57,853 nucleotides of DNA from contig DAOLNX010000004.1 in NCBI GenBank assembly GCA_035416785.1, positions 1 through 57,853 of the forward strand, given 5' to 3'. Positions 56,464 through 57,853 of this stretch are shown one piece after another. Within the stretch, counting starts at the first letter, position 1; every line of letters starts with the position of its first letter. The notes below the pieces were generated by a model. It saw only the letters and a program-made list of their open reading frames with translations. It made no database searches and was not told the DNA's origin. This stretch comes from Smithellaceae bacterium. GTDB lineage: Bacteria; Desulfobacterota; Syntrophia; Syntrophales; Smithellaceae. Position numbers and translations under genes: made by a program.

Positions 56464-57243
56464 TCATTCAGAAATCGTTTTTTTGTCTCTTTGCCGGTTC
56501 CATTTCACCCAATCGTCCATATCCTCTTCTTCTGTAAAATCCTCCGGCGCATGAGCCTGACCATCGGCGGAAATCCGGATTTTCTGCATCGATTTCACAA
56601 TGTACACCCATTGCTCCATGGAAACGGGTTGAGGACCAGCAACGGCTGTCGGCCCGGAAACCGGTTTGGGAGGCCCAAAAGCGGCGGGATGGGGCGCCGT
56701 CGCATCTTGTGTGCGGGAATTTCCCCTGACGTCAACTTCTCCATCATATACTTTAACCTGTGCCGACTGGTCATTTTCCACATCCATGCGATAAACGGTT
56801 CCACGAACACCGGCGACTGCATTCTGGCAGGATACTTCAAATGTATTGTCTCGACTCTTCAACGCCTTCCTGACATTGGTCCATACCTTGCCCACGGGAA
56901 CGGAAATTTTGATGGTGCGTTTACCGTCCTGCCCGACATCAGACTGGATAAGCTTGAATTTTGTTTTTTCAGAAAAACGGACAATGCTCCGGTCAGGAAG
57001 AAGCATCTCCAAACGGCTGTTTGCGCTGGTGGACACTTCGCATCCGGCGCTTAGGCGATCATTTTTCTTAAGCTGGCGCGGATCGGTTTGATCCATGCAA
57101 ATAGCTTTCGCTTCTCCCCGCAGCGATGTGATCTGCGCTACGCCTTTTGTCATTTTCACGGTCATTGGCTGTTGTGCATATGCGGCAGTGGAACAAAGCA
57201 GCATGATGACCCCTAAAGAAAAAAATGGCATTCCTTTTTTCAT
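56464..57243 (-). CDS. secreted FecR-domain protein
   Basis: Signal peptide 'LLCSTAAYAQQ'. FecR-like 'EVSTSANSRLEMLLPDRSIVRFSEKTKFKL' and 'GVRGTVYRM'. Confidence 0.6.
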   Translation of the reverse strand: MKKGMPFFSLGVIMLLCSTAAYAQQPMTVKMTKGVAQITSLRGEAKAICMDQTDPRQLKKNDRLSAGCEVSTSANSRLEMLLPDRSIVRFSEKTKFKLIQSDVGQDGKRTIKISVPVGKVWTNVRKALKSRDNTFEVSCQNAVAGVRGTVYRMDVENDQSAQVKVYDGEVDVRGNSRTQDATAPHPAAFGPPKPVSGPTAVAGPQPVSMEQWVYIVKSMQKIRISADGQAHAPEDFTEEEDMDDWVKWNRQRDKKTISE

Positions 57244-57853
57244 CGTTCACTCCTTTGCATCGTCAATAACTTAATTTTCGTTGGATTTCCCTGCAAATAC
57301 ATTTTTTCTCCCCTCAATCTGGGACCATAAGGCAGCGTTTCCATAACTTTACCGACCACTTCATCCATTAATTTCTCCAGATCTCCCAAAGATTTCATCT
57401 GAAGCCTTTTACGAAACAGATCAAAGCTCCTGCTGGTGGATTTGGATTGGGCGCTCCAGAGAATCTCCCCTGTTCTGGTGCTGCGCAAAGCGCACTGGAC
57501 AGATACGGTTACAGGTGCATAAAAAAAACCGTTAGATGTTTTTCCTTCCAGAAGAGAGCAGTACATGGCGGCATCCGCACCCAGTAATTCTTCCACTTTC
57601 TTCGGGGAAACGGTGCCGATGAGGCTAGCGGAGGATTCTTCAGTCAAAGTCGCTAATTTGCTGTCGATCAGTCCGGATTCGATTTGAGCATAACCTTTAA
57701 AGCGGATTTCATCGTTCAACTTACTCCGGAGAATTTTCAATGCGGTGGGGTCGGCAAAACGACTTTCCACAGGCATCAGGGCCATAAGCTGAATCATTTC
57801 CAGATTTTGATCCCCTCTGTTCAGGACAGGTGATCGTGATGAACAGGCGGACA
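57240..57853 (-). CDS. lipoprotein, DUF799/GNA1162-like (5' end outside window)
   Basis: The frame is open to the window edge and includes the lipobox-like '..SAC|SSRSP'. 'ALMPVES', 'GADAAMYCSL' and 'TRTGEILW' resemble DUF799. Overlaps the FecR gene start by 4 nt. Confidence 0.5.
   Translation of the reverse strand, partial: SACSSRSPVLNRGDQNLEMIQLMALMPVESRFADPTALKILRSKLNDEIRFKGYAQIESGLIDSKLATLTEESSASLIGTVSPKKVEELLGADAAMYCSLLEGKTSNGFFYAPVTVSVQCALRSTRTGEILWSAQSKSTSRSFDLFRKRLQMKSLGDLEKLMDEVVGKVMETLPYGPRLRGEKMYLQGNPTKIKLLTMQRSER

Overview
This 57.9-kb segment reads as core chromosome. Gene content (iorAB, a PxxKW-type Cys-rich protein, a DUF4911-like ORF, an apgM-type homoserine-kinase candidate next to hom) suggests a Desulfobacterota, Desulfobacterales-like organism; that assignment is inference only. 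I support about 50 CDS and one tRNA-Val(GAC). Most are housekeeping genes: rpmB, pfk, purN, purM, recG, hom, iorAB, a CbpA-like J-protein, dnaE, guaB, dtd, phoH/7TM-HD/ybeY, an MltD-like transglycosylase, prfB, lnt, corC, and the minus-strand cluster pgsA / tRNA-Val / thrS-infC-rpmI-rplT-pheS-pheT-ihfA-merR. Two recoding signals are visible in the sequence and are missed by a plain ORF track: a canonical +1 frameshift site in prfB and an AUA start for infC. I recognise no rRNA, CRISPR array, transposase, integrase or phage gene. I do not see a convincing defence island or a clearly new multi-gene system. The candidates most worth a second look are: (1) a SWIM zinc-finger protein with a roughly 160-aa histone-H1-like Lys/Thr/Ala tail, paired with an SNF2 ATPase, in a stretch that looks more GC-rich than its flanks; (2) a PHA-synthase-like Cys-Asp-His hydrolase with a long N-terminal extension and a small coiled-coil ORF upstream; (3) a B12-type radical SAM gene coupled to a tiny membrane protein and followed by an M16 peptidase pair and an M20 hydrolase; (4) a 750-bp ORF-poor gap holding only short ORFs; (5) hom followed by an apgM-like gene. 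All family assignments come from motif recognition by eye, not from database searches.
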